From: Fidelibacterota bacterium
GTDB taxonomy: Bacteria; Fidelibacterota; Marinisomatia; Marinisomatales; TCS56
Reading direction: 5' to 3'
DNA: 18,428 nt
NCBI GenBank assembly: GCA_043822705.1
Contig: JBDRBK010000078.1
Span: 1 to 18,428, forward strand
Shown here: one piece after another, positions 7,220 to 15,927 of the stretch
Layout of the letters: every line of letters begins with the position of its first letter
Position numbering within the stretch: the stretch's first letter is position 1
Notes under the pieces: generated by a model
The model's input: the letters and a program-made list of their open reading frames with translations, nothing else
The model's database searches: none
What the model was told of the DNA's origin: nothing
Position numbers and translations under genes: made by a program

Positions 7220-9154
7220 ATGAGTATTGGCAAAGAAACAGTGATTCTATTCTTAGCAGTGTTATCCGCACTCTGCGGCTCGTCCCGGGAAAGTGAATCC
7301 GTCCGATATTATCCGCAGCCGGCGCCCGATTCGTTGCAACTGGGTGTATTCTTTATCCAGTTTTTCGATTGGCGCACCAATCCCAATGCCTGTGGCGGCA
7401 TCAACCGGATCGATCAGGTAACCGGCGATACGATCTATTATCGTTATCGCGATTATTATAATCTGTTGGCCTCCGAAAATTATTACAGCACACCCGATGC
7501 TGAAAATCCCGACAGTAAACCCCGGTCGCCAAGTGGTGGTGTCGTTTATGGCAGTGTCATCGATTATTTCAACGAGGTGTCATACGGCAAATTTAAATTG
7601 GCGATCAGGTTGATAAATCCTTGCACGATCTTCGGTGAAGACACCCTGATGACCTGGCTGACGGCCCCCTACCCGAAGGACTGGTACGATAATACGCTGT
7701 CGGCGATCCCCGCTTTGCTGAATTACGCAATGCCCACTGCAATCGACAACAATTGGCTGACCGATCAGGCGGATTTTCAGAAATATATTATCATATTCGC
7801 CGGCGATCGTAATGATGATAATGACAATTTCCTTGGATTACGTCCCCATGCTGATTGGGATTGTTATATCATGGAGGAAAAAAATTACTGGAATCCGAGT
7901 GAGTTTAGTGATATCGGCGTCCATGTCCATGAAATCGGGCATTTGCTGGGCCTGCCCGATTTATACGGTAATTCCTTGAACTGTCGCAGTGGCGCCCGAC
8001 GGGGTATCGGCTCATTTGGTGTCATGGCTTCCGGTTCATCCGGATTTCAAATCAATGGCCGCGAGGAACGCCCCACGCATTTATGTGCCTGGAGTAAGCT
8101 GATGCTGGGCTGGGTAGAGCCGGTCGACTTGACTGAAAACCACCCGGGCATCAGTATTCCGGCGGTCGAGAAGAACGCCGCCATCCTGCGTTTCCATGTC
8201 AGCGGTCTACCCGATTTCGAGCACGACGCGGGAGAATATTTCTTGATCGAGAATCGTCAACCGCTTGGTTTCGATGGCGATTTGTCGAACAGCCGATCCA
8301 GTGGCGGGCTGCTGATCTATCACCGGTCGGATTACCTATTCGACAACGGCGAACATATCGACATCGAAGAGGCCGATGGTGGGACCGAACTAGAGGATGA
8401 TTGCGGTGATTACGGTTCCCTGGGGGATTTTTTTCCGGGCAGTACCGGTAATTCCGAGTTCGCTTCCTGGACGAATCCGAACTCACTTTCACGGGCTGGC
8501 GCCTGGACGGATTTCGCCGTCCTGAATATTGAACAACTCGGACTGGATATTTCCGCTGATATTTACTGCAATGGTCCGCCGGCACCGCCGGAAAATCTGG
8601 TTGTCAGTGGTAATCCTGGTGAGAATCCCGTCCTGACTTGGGATGAAAACCGCGATCCAGACCTTCAACACTATCTGGTCTTCGCAGTTCAGGACAATCA
8701 GGAACTGGACAGTTGCTGCACCGCCCAGTATACCGATAATACCGTTGTCATCGAGCCCGGACGGACTTACCGCTACCGGATCATTGCCGTCGATTCATCC
8801 GGATTGCGTTCCTATCCATCCGGTGAAAGCAGCGTGCAATGGCCACTGGCGATATCCGGTGTGGCAAACACTACCGATACATTTTCCCTACTTGGGAATT
8901 TCCCCAATCCTTTTAATGGAAGAACAGAGATCCGTTATAATTTGGCAGAACCGGGTCGGGTGCAACTGGTCGTTACAGATCTGCGGGGAGCTGAAATACT
9001 CACACTAATCGAGGCATTCCAAGAGCCGGGACAGAAATCAGTGCTCTGGGATGGGTACGACCACAACGGCCGACCGGCCAGCAGCGGTATTTATTTGTAC
9101 CGGATTGAATTCGGCGATCGGCAGCTGACCGGTAAAATGTTACTGTTGAAATAA
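7220..9154 (+). CDS. M6-family (immune inhibitor A-like) zinc metalloprotease with FN3-like domain and C-terminal FlgD-Ig/T9SS type A-like sorting domain
   Basis: HEIGHLLGLPDLY (HExxHxxGxxD, ~7928-7966), Met-turn FGVMASGS, HLCAWSKLMLGWV, EYFLIENRQ and GLLIYH. FN3-like PPAPPENL...YRIIAVD. C-terminal NFPNPFN...WDG....GRPASSGIYLYR...KMLLLK. Confidence 0.92.
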   Translation: MSIGKETVILFLAVLSALCGSSRESESVRYYPQPAPDSLQLGVFFIQFFDWRTNPNACGGINRIDQVTGDTIYYRYRDYYNLLASENYYSTPDAENPDSKPRSPSGGVVYGSVIDYFNEVSYGKFKLAIRLINPCTIFGEDTLMTWLTAPYPKDWYDNTLSAIPALLNYAMPTAIDNNWLTDQADFQKYIIIFAGDRNDDNDNFLGLRPHADWDCYIMEEKNYWNPSEFSDIGVHVHEIGHLLGLPDLYGNSLNCRSGARRGIGSFGVMASGSSGFQINGREERPTHLCAWSKLMLGWVEPVDLTENHPGISIPAVEKNAAILRFHVSGLPDFEHDAGEYFLIENRQPLGFDGDLSNSRSSGGLLIYHRSDYLFDNGEHIDIEEADGGTELEDDCGDYGSLGDFFPGSTGNSEFASWTNPNSLSRAGAWTDFAVLNIEQLGLDISADIYCNGPPAPPENLVVSGNPGENPVLTWDENRDPDLQHYLVFAVQDNQELDSCCTAQYTDNTVVIEPGRTYRYRIIAVDSSGLRSYPSGESSVQWPLAISGVANTTDTFSLLGNFPNPFNGRTEIRYNLAEPGRVQLVVTDLRGAEILTLIEAFQEPGQKSVLWDGYDHNGRPASSGIYLYRIEFGDRQLTGKMLLLK

Positions 9155-9229
9155 TTGACCGCTGCGCGGAAATCCATTTTCATCAATTATTCCTGAGCCT
9201 CCGCAATCATAGAAAACTGTGGCAATTGA

Positions 9230-9257
9230 TTGATAAATCGAGTATTATCAGTAAAAT
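9230..9257 (+). promoter_or_regulatory. Putative sigma70-type promoter for the acyltransferase
   Basis: TTGATA (9230-9235)-N16-TAAAAT (9252-9257) in an AT-rich intergenic region. Confidence 0.4.
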
Positions 9258-9276
9258 TATACTCATGGATATCTGA

Positions 9277-10641
9277 TTGTTATATCGATTCGCAAAACTA
9301 CTGGCCGTCCGGGCGGTCAAATTGTTTTATCATCAGGTAAACCTGAAAAATATTGAAAACATACCGCTCAGCGGACCGATCATCTTCACTGCCAATCACC
9401 CCAATACCATGATGGATCCGCTGCTGATCGGGTTCGCCTGTTCCCGCGGTCTGCATTTTCTGGCAAAAAGCACCTTGTTCAATCGACCGTTGAATAAATG
9501 GTTCCTGGACCGCCTCAAAATAATCCCGGTTTACCGCCGGCAGGATAATCCCGATGAAATGGACAAGAACCGCCTGACCTTCGAACATTGCTACCGGTTG
9601 CTGGAACAGGGTAAGTGCATCCTGATATTTCCCGAAGGTGTTTCTTCGGTTGAGCGCACGTTGAACCGGATTAAAACCGGTGCTGCGCGGATCGGTTTCG
9701 GGGCCGAAGAACGGAACGATTTCCAACTGGGTGTTAAAATTATCCCGGTGGGATTGAATTATTCGGACCTGATACGGTTCCGCAGTGATGTCTATATCCG
9801 GTTCGGGAAGCCGATTGATCTGGCTGCTTTCCGGGAGACCTATCAGGAAGATCAAGTCGAGGCGGTTCATCTGCTGACCCGGCAGGTCGAGACCGCGCTC
9901 GAGAAATTGACCACCACCTTGCGGGAATTGGACCTGGCGGCGATCGTCGCCGGCCTGGAAAGCATTTACAAGCGCGAACTGATCGTCGATATGGGTCTGA
10001 AAATTCGCGATAAAAATGACGATTTCGCAGTGACCAAGGGACTGATCAAGGCTGTGGAATGGTTCTATGAGCATCAGCCGGAACGGGTTGAAAATTTCAA
10101 GAAACTACTGGACCGGTACCTTAAAAACCTGGATCGTCTGCATCTGAAAGATGAGTTTCTGGCGCCGGCTGACCGGCGGATCGGTATCTGGAAACGGATT
10201 CAGGTATTTTTATTTCTGGTACTGGGATTCCCGGTATATCTGTTGGGTCTGATAAATAACTATCTGCCTTATCAGGTGCCACGTTGGTACACAAATCGCT
10301 TTGTATCCAATAAGGAATGGTATGCACCAATGAAATTGATCGCCGGCGCGGCGGTCTTCCTGCTGTACCACGGCTTGCTTATCACCCTGGTTGCTCTGAT
10401 CAGCGATAGCACCTGGATAACCGTCTTGTACGGCCTCACTCTGATTCCCAGCGGCAACTTTGTATTGCGGTACGTCCGCAAGGCACAGGGGTATCGGCAG
10501 CATCTGCGCTTCATCAGTGTTTTTTACCGGAAACGAATATTGATTTACCGGATTATCGAGCAGCGGATGCAACTGATTCATTTCCTGAATGATGCGAAAA
10601 ATGAATATCTGCTCAATCAGGATGGGCGACGAAACGACTGA
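9277..10641 (+). CDS. PlsC-like (lysophospholipid/glycerol) acyltransferase with C-terminal TM helices
   Basis: Catalytic NHPNTMMD (Hx4D), FLAKSTLF, IPVYR, IFPEG, KTGAAR and IIPVGLNY. Hydrophobic C-terminal segments. TTG start. Confidence 0.92.
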   Translation: MLYRFAKLLAVRAVKLFYHQVNLKNIENIPLSGPIIFTANHPNTMMDPLLIGFACSRGLHFLAKSTLFNRPLNKWFLDRLKIIPVYRRQDNPDEMDKNRLTFEHCYRLLEQGKCILIFPEGVSSVERTLNRIKTGAARIGFGAEERNDFQLGVKIIPVGLNYSDLIRFRSDVYIRFGKPIDLAAFRETYQEDQVEAVHLLTRQVETALEKLTTTLRELDLAAIVAGLESIYKRELIVDMGLKIRDKNDDFAVTKGLIKAVEWFYEHQPERVENFKKLLDRYLKNLDRLHLKDEFLAPADRRIGIWKRIQVFLFLVLGFPVYLLGLINNYLPYQVPRWYTNRFVSNKEWYAPMKLIAGAAVFLLYHGLLITLVALISDSTWITVLYGLTLIPSGNFVLRYVRKAQGYRQHLRFISVFYRKRILIYRIIEQRMQLIHFLNDAKNEYLLNQDGRRND

Positions 10642-10659
10642 GAATTTAGGCGGAACACC

Positions 10660-10748
10660 AATAAACGACGACGTCCCCACCGGGCGGGATGATTAGTGGG
10701 GGAAGCTAATCACTGGTAGGGACGTCATTCAGTAGTAGACGCAATAAC
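10660..10748 (-). ncRNA. Candidate small RNA with a long stem-loop and C-rich (CUUCCCCCA) apical loop
   Basis: Plus-strand arms GACGTCCC 10670-10677/GGGACGTC 10719-10726, ACC 10679-10681/GGT 10715-10717 and TGATTAG 10690-10696/CTAATCA 10706-10712. C.A mismatches on + become G.U pairs on -. An upstream minus-strand promoter and a downstream UUUAUU are present. No credible ORF. Confidence 0.5.
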
Positions 10749-10754
10749 AACTAC

Positions 10755-10783
10755 AAGTTATACTAAAATTGTTCCTTTGGCAA
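10755..10783 (-). promoter_or_regulatory. Putative sigma70-type promoter for the candidate sRNA
   Basis: Minus strand TTGCCA (10783-10778)-N17-TAACTT (10760-10755). An overlapping TATAAC is also present. Confidence 0.5.
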
Positions 10784-10981
10784 GTCTGTCGGTGGAATTT
10801 TTACATTTCGGGCTGTATCTGGAAGTTTCACCAGCGACGGGTGGCAACCGGAAAATGGTATTCGGCCGGAATAATCATTACATTTACCGTCAGGAATTCA
10901 GGGAGATATTAAGGGAATGATTCAATCTTCCGGCAACTGTCATTGCCGCAGTAACGATCAAAATCATATGGGAAAACGTTA

Positions 10982-12088
10982 ATGCAAATAACTCCGGTGA
11001 CGTCGCATCGGGATTTCAAAGAATTTATCAACCTGCCGGCCAGTCTCCACCAGGAACACCGGCTCTGGGTGCTGCCGCTATACCAAGATGAATGGCGTTA
11101 CTTCGATTTCAAGCGAAATCGCCAGGCCCGCGGCAGCGAAACGTTGTTACTGCTGGCCCGCCGCCGGGGTCAGGTCGTCGGTCGCATCCTGGGTATTGTC
11201 AGTCATCGCGCCAATCGCGTGCAAGAGGAAAAAAACGGCCGGTTTGCCTTTCTGGAATGCATTCCTGATGCGGAAGTCGCTGGCGGTTTGCTGAATCAGG
11301 TGGAGAACTGGACCCGCGGATTCGGCATGGAAAACCTGATTGGTCCCAAAGGATTTTCCAATACTGATCCGGCCGGTTACATGATTGCCGGTTTTGACAA
11401 CGAACCGACGCTCTCCACCTACTATAATTTCCCCTATCTGGTGGAGTTATTAGAAGGCGCCGGTTATGTGAAACATGTTGATTATGTTGCTTACAAGATA
11501 CCGATGGCGATCCCTGAATTTTACTGGAAAATCCACCACCGGATCAGTCGCAGCGGCGAATTCAGTGTCTTGGAATTTTCCAGCCGTCGTGCGCTGAAGC
11601 AGTATATCTATCCGGTCCTGCGGATGATGAACGATACCTACCGGCAGCACGATGGCTACGTCGCTCTGACCGAACCGGAAATGCAGGAATTGGCCAAACG
11701 GTTTATCCCGCTGCTGAATCCGCATTTCATCAAGATCGTGATCAGGGAAGAAAAGCTGGTTGGTTTCATCTTGGGCATGCCGAATATAAATCACGGGCTC
11801 CGAAAAGCCGGCGGTCGATTATTTCCACTTGGTATCTGGCATATCCTGCGGGCCGCTCGACAATCGCGGCAATTAGACCTTTTTTTGGGAGCGATCGACG
11901 ATGATTACCGCGGGCGCGGCCTGGATGTGCTGATGGGAGTGGCTATGTACAAATCGGCACTGGAATTCGGCTTTGAGTATATCGACAGTCATCTGGAGTT
12001 GGAAACCAACACCCGGGTGCGGGGCGAGATGGAAAGAGCGGGCGGTGTCATTTACAAACGTTACCGGATTTTTACCAAATCACTCTGA
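10982..12088 (+). CDS. YghO-like double-GNAT acyltransferase (bacterial ceramide synthase bCerS-like family)
   Basis: FINLP..L......WVLPL, VVGRI, GRFAFLE, GPKGF.....G.MIAGF...P....YNFPY...L.E..GY.K..D, MPNIN..L....GRLFPLG, YRGRGLD and LETN...KRYRIF.K. Family recognised from memory. Confidence 0.75.
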   Translation: MQITPVTSHRDFKEFINLPASLHQEHRLWVLPLYQDEWRYFDFKRNRQARGSETLLLLARRRGQVVGRILGIVSHRANRVQEEKNGRFAFLECIPDAEVAGGLLNQVENWTRGFGMENLIGPKGFSNTDPAGYMIAGFDNEPTLSTYYNFPYLVELLEGAGYVKHVDYVAYKIPMAIPEFYWKIHHRISRSGEFSVLEFSSRRALKQYIYPVLRMMNDTYRQHDGYVALTEPEMQELAKRFIPLLNPHFIKIVIREEKLVGFILGMPNINHGLRKAGGRLFPLGIWHILRAARQSRQLDLFLGAIDDDYRGRGLDVLMGVAMYKSALEFGFEYIDSHLELETNTRVRGEMERAGGVIYKRYRIFTKSL

Positions 12089-12162
12089 ATGACTGCCGTG
12101 GGGACAAACCCGGGACCGGAAATGACTATTTCAGGATTTCAACAATTGAAAGTGAGGCCCTG

Positions 12163-12837
12163 ATGAACAGAAAAGCACTTATCGTGGGAGCCACCGGGTT
12201 GGTAGGGGGGCATTGCCTGCATTATTTACTACAGAGCCCCAATTACGACCGGGTCACCGCCCTGGTCCGCCGCCCGCTGGCGTTGGAAAATCCGAAACTA
12301 TTGACGGTGACAATCGATTTCGATCAGCTGGAGCAATGGTCCGGGTATTTCGCGGTCAATGATATTTATTGCTGCCTCGGTACGACCATTAAACAGGCTG
12401 GAACCCGGCCGGAATTCCGGAAAGTCGACTATGATTATCCGGTCGAATGCGGACGGCTGGCGTTACGGGCGGGAGCCCAGCGGTACTTGTTAGTCAGCGC
12501 CATGGGCGCCAATGCCGGATCACGGATATTCTACAATCGTGTCAAAGGCGAAGTCGAACAGACTGTCATCAATCTGGGATTTCAATCAACACTGATTTTC
12601 CGTCCGTCATTATTGCTGGGCGATCGCACCGGGTTTCGGTTGGGAGAAAAACTGGCCGGCTGGGTGCTTCGGGGAACTGCACCGCTCCTGACCGGTCCGC
12701 TGAAGAAATATCGTCCGATCCCGGCTGAAACCGTCACCCGGGCGATGGTGGGGCAATCCACCGAATTCACCACCGGCGTCCGTCTGATCGAGTCCGGTGA
12801 GATCGCCGAGTGTGCCGACCGGATTAATTGTGAATAA
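12163..12837 (+). CDS. Atypical NAD(P)-binding SDR, CC3/TIP30 (YraR-like) oxidoreductase
   Basis: GATGLVG Rossmann motif, CCLGTTIKQAG, FRKVDYDY, VSAMGA, YNRVKG (YxxxK), RPSLLLG and YRPI. Confidence 0.88.
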   Translation: MNRKALIVGATGLVGGHCLHYLLQSPNYDRVTALVRRPLALENPKLLTVTIDFDQLEQWSGYFAVNDIYCCLGTTIKQAGTRPEFRKVDYDYPVECGRLALRAGAQRYLLVSAMGANAGSRIFYNRVKGEVEQTVINLGFQSTLIFRPSLLLGDRTGFRLGEKLAGWVLRGTAPLLTGPLKKYRPIPAETVTRAMVGQSTEFTTGVRLIESGEIAECADRINCE

Positions 12838-12872
12838 CGGTTATAATCTGCCAGTGGTACGAGAAACATGAC

Positions 12873-13445
12873 ATGATCCGTCAAATATTTTACGTGACAT
12901 TGATACTGATCATCACCGGTTGTTCCCGGCCGGAAAAGCAACTGGTCACGTTTAATACCGACATGGGAATGTTCACAGTGGTCGTCTACCCGGAACAGGC
13001 GCCGCTGACAGTCGCCAATTTCCTGCGGTATGTGGACGGCGGTTATTATCGCGACAGTCATTTTTACCGCACGGTGACACTGGATAATCAACCGCACAAT
13101 ACTATCAAAATCGAGGTAATTCAAGGCGGTCTGTATGGCGATGACCGACACCTGGCGCCGATAGCACATGAGACGACCGCCATGACCGGCCTGCGTCATA
13201 CCGATGGCACCATATCGATGGCCCGCAATGAACCGGGCAGCGCTACCGCCGAGATATTCATTTGTATCGGTGTTCAGCCCGAGCTGGATTACGGCGGCCG
13301 GCGCAATCCCGACGGCCAGGGTTTCGCCGCCTTCGGAAGAGTCGTGTCAGGCATGGATGTCGTCCGGAAAATCCATTGCCAGCCGCAACGGGAACAGCTA
13401 CTGGAGCCGTGGATCAGAATAATCGATGTCGTCAGAAATGATTGA
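12873..13445 (+). CDS. Cyclophilin-type peptidyl-prolyl cis-trans isomerase, predicted lipoprotein
   Basis: APLTVANFLRYV..G.Y....FYR, VIQGG, H.DGTISMAR..PGSA..EIFICIG and FAAFGRVVSGMDVV. Lipobox ITGC. Confidence 0.93.
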   Translation: MIRQIFYVTLILIITGCSRPEKQLVTFNTDMGMFTVVVYPEQAPLTVANFLRYVDGGYYRDSHFYRTVTLDNQPHNTIKIEVIQGGLYGDDRHLAPIAHETTAMTGLRHTDGTISMARNEPGSATAEIFICIGVQPELDYGGRRNPDGQGFAAFGRVVSGMDVVRKIHCQPQREQLLEPWIRIIDVVRND

Positions 13446-13632
13446 TAGCAAACGGCTGAACGAAGAATTTCAAGCCAGGCAGGGAACCGTCGCCTGATTC
13501 AATGATTGAATAGTGACTCGCTGGCAATTGAGCCGGGAAAACATTTGATTCGCAGCGGTTGGTGAGGGCAATTTCACCCCACAGTAATTGAACAATCGCT
13601 GGATATTTCACGAAGCAATACGGAGAAAAATT

Positions 13633-14382
13633 GTGAATTTTGTAAATAAGACAACATTACTATTGCTGGCCGGGACGTTGATGCTGGCCGGCTGTCAGAA
13701 GAAAACACCACCGCAGCAGCATGAACAGCCGGTAGCGGTCGCCGGCAATGAATCCGGCATCAGCGGGACGGTAATGGAAACGATGGACAGCGGCGGATAC
13801 ACCTACGTTCGCATCAATGACGGCCAGGACGATATCTGGGCCGCCGCCCCGGTAACCAGGGTTGAAGTCGGCGCTCGGGTGACGATCCCGGAAGGTATGG
13901 TGATGGAGAATTTTGAGAGCGCCAGTCTGCAGCGGACATTTGAGAAAATCCATTTTGTCAGCGAAATTTCCAACGCGGGCAAGCGCTCGATGAAAGCGGC
14001 GCCGGGCGGCCACCCCGGACAGGTCCGTCCGCAGTCCGGTACACCCGAAGCACAGATAGTCGCTATCAAAAATATCATCAGACTGAAAGATGGAATCTCG
14101 GTGGCCGAATTATACAAAAAAGGACCGCAATTAGCCGGTGAGCGCATTCGCCTGCGCGGTGAAGTGGTAAAATTTAATGCGAATATCATGGGCCGAAACT
14201 GGCTGCATATTCAAGACGGCACCGGGTCCGACGGTGATTTCGACTTGACCGTAACCACGTCGGCAACAGCCGCCGTCGGCGATGTGGTAATTATCGACGG
14301 GTTTGTGGCCGTCGATCAGGATTTCGGTTTTGGTTATAAATATGCCTTGATAGTCGAAGACGCCAAGATAGCAACCGAATAA
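13633..14382 (+). CDS. Lipoprotein with NrfJ-like N-terminal and OB-fold C-terminal domains
   Basis: GGAG 13622-13625 precedes GTG 13633. Lipobox LAGC. Contains GTVMETMDSGGYTYV...WAAAP...M.NF.S..L.RTF and IMGRNWLHIQDGT...DFGFGYKY..IVEDA. Confidence 0.75.
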   Translation: MNFVNKTTLLLLAGTLMLAGCQKKTPPQQHEQPVAVAGNESGISGTVMETMDSGGYTYVRINDGQDDIWAAAPVTRVEVGARVTIPEGMVMENFESASLQRTFEKIHFVSEISNAGKRSMKAAPGGHPGQVRPQSGTPEAQIVAIKNIIRLKDGISVAELYKKGPQLAGERIRLRGEVVKFNANIMGRNWLHIQDGTGSDGDFDLTVTTSATAAVGDVVIIDGFVAVDQDFGFGYKYALIVEDAKIATE

Positions 14383-14394
14383 AACCGGTCTGAT

Positions 14395-14904
14395 CTACCA
14401 GTTTTCGCGGTGTACCCGGGCCGGATCGTACTGGGTTCGCGGCTCTTTGACTTCCGCCGGGCGACCGATTGCGACCATCGACAATATTTCTATTGTAGCG
14501 GGCAGGTCGAATAAGCGCTGTAAATCCCGTTTTCGTTCCAGCCGTGGATGTACTCCCAGCCAGACCGTCCCCAGCCCCAGTGACGTCCCCGCCAGCAGGA
14601 TATTTTCGGTCGCGGCAGCACAATCCTGCTCCCAGTAATTTGGCGACTGGTCCGGTTCGGCGCACACGACGATCACCAGTGGCGCTTCCCGGCACATTTT
14701 AGCAAAGGGATGTACTTCGGCAATCCGGTTCAGTACGGCGCGGTCAGTAATTGTTAGAAAATGCCAGGGCTTTTTATTGTTGGCTGATGGGGCGGCCATG
14801 GCGGCCTGCAAAATCAGCTCGATGGTCTCATCGGCGACCGGATCGGAGTGAAAAGAACGAATACTTCTTCTGTTTAACAGCCATTGGATTGCTTCTGGGT
14901 ACAC
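14395..14904 (-). CDS. Nitroreductase family flavoprotein
   Basis: RRSIRSF, AAMAAPSANNKKPWHF, QDCAAATENILLA....GLGTVWLG and AIGRPAE. GAGG precedes GTG at 14904. Confidence 0.93.
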   Translation of the reverse strand: MYPEAIQWLLNRRSIRSFHSDPVADETIELILQAAMAAPSANNKKPWHFLTITDRAVLNRIAEVHPFAKMCREAPLVIVVCAEPDQSPNYWEQDCAAATENILLAGTSLGLGTVWLGVHPRLERKRDLQRLFDLPATIEILSMVAIGRPAEVKEPRTQYDPARVHRENW

Positions 14905-15048
14905 TGTTTGCCTCGTTTTGATGCTGGCGCAATCTACGGCCGACGCCGATTTCCATCCAAGCATTTGTCGATACTAATCAGCACCGGTGCCATTGAAGCG
15001 GCAATAAAATCCCTGAAGTTTTGCAGGAAGTTGGTTACATTCATATCC

Positions 15049-15927
15049 GTGGGATTGAGAAAACAGCAACTGCCAGACGTTTTGCAAATAGTGTTCGGCC
15101 AGGTGCGACTGCACCGACAGACCGGCCGCATAATCCGGCGTTATTCAGTCAATCGCCAGAACATTTACCGATTGGCCCTGACCCCGGTTCATTTTACCGT
15201 CGGAGTCAATGTACTGGACCTCGGTTGCGGCTACGGCCGTTTCACCGCCAGTCTCAACTCAGTCGTCCCACCCGGTTCGCGATGTACCGGAATAGATATT
15301 ACCGCCGGCAACCGCGTGCCCTATCTGGCAGCGGCTGGCAGAAGCGGTTTTGGGGGGCGGTTCATCAACGACACGGCCGCTGTCATCCGGGGATTCCCGG
15401 CCAATTCCTACCAGTTAATCATTGCAGCTTATTCACTGAATTATTTTGCTGAAATTTTACCTGCTGTTCCGCATATTCTAGCGGACGATGGCTGGTTTAT
15501 CGCCATCACCCATTCCGACCGGTTTTTAAACGAACTGACCGCCGACATCAATAAAGCTCTTGCTTTGACAACCACCGCACCCTGCCCTGATGTTGATTTT
15601 AGAGCGTTAGTATCCGGTTTCAATGCCGAAAACGGCGTGGAGCAATTGTGCAAGTATTTCGCAGCAATCGAAAAGATCGATTATGAAAACTGTCTCAGTT
15701 TTCCCGTGGAGCAATTGGCAGACTGTTTTACTTACATCGACTTCAAACTGCCGCTGGTAATCGACGCCGTAAGCTGGGACGAGCCTGATTTAAATGTCGA
15801 ATTTGTTCGCAACATACAGGCCATCGTCAGGCGGAAAGCAGAACGGAATGGCTGTTATTCCATGAACAAGAATGATTGCATTTTCAGATGTCGCTATCCA
15901 GTGACAGGAGCTACTAATGACGCTTGA
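15049..15927 (+). CDS. Class I SAM-dependent methyltransferase
   Basis: Motif I VLDLGCGYG, then TGID, YQLIIAAYSLNYF and L...GWFIAITH. Start uncertain; the ORF-track start at 14884 overlaps the nitroreductase, so GTG 15049 is preferred. Confidence 0.82.
   Translation: MGLRKQQLPDVLQIVFGQVRLHRQTGRIIRRYSVNRQNIYRLALTPVHFTVGVNVLDLGCGYGRFTASLNSVVPPGSRCTGIDITAGNRVPYLAAAGRSGFGGRFINDTAAVIRGFPANSYQLIIAAYSLNYFAEILPAVPHILADDGWFIAITHSDRFLNELTADINKALALTTTAPCPDVDFRALVSGFNAENGVEQLCKYFAAIEKIDYENCLSFPVEQLADCFTYIDFKLPLVIDAVSWDEPDLNVEFVRNIQAIVRRKAERNGCYSMNKNDCIFRCRYPVTGATNDA

Noticed and set aside
7220..7290. Lipoprotein signal in the M6 protease (LSALC)
   Set aside because: Leu at -1 does not fit the lipobox, so a standard signal peptide is more likely.
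9298..10680. Long antisense ORFs 9298-10074 and 10210-10680
   Set aside because: They lie opposite a well-supported acyltransferase and show no motifs. The 10680 start falls inside the candidate sRNA stem.
14884..15048. N-terminal extensions of the methyltransferase (from 14884) and nitroreductase (from 14964)
   Set aside because: They would make divergent genes overlap. A better start exists at 14904 (with GAGG) and a plausible one at ~15049.
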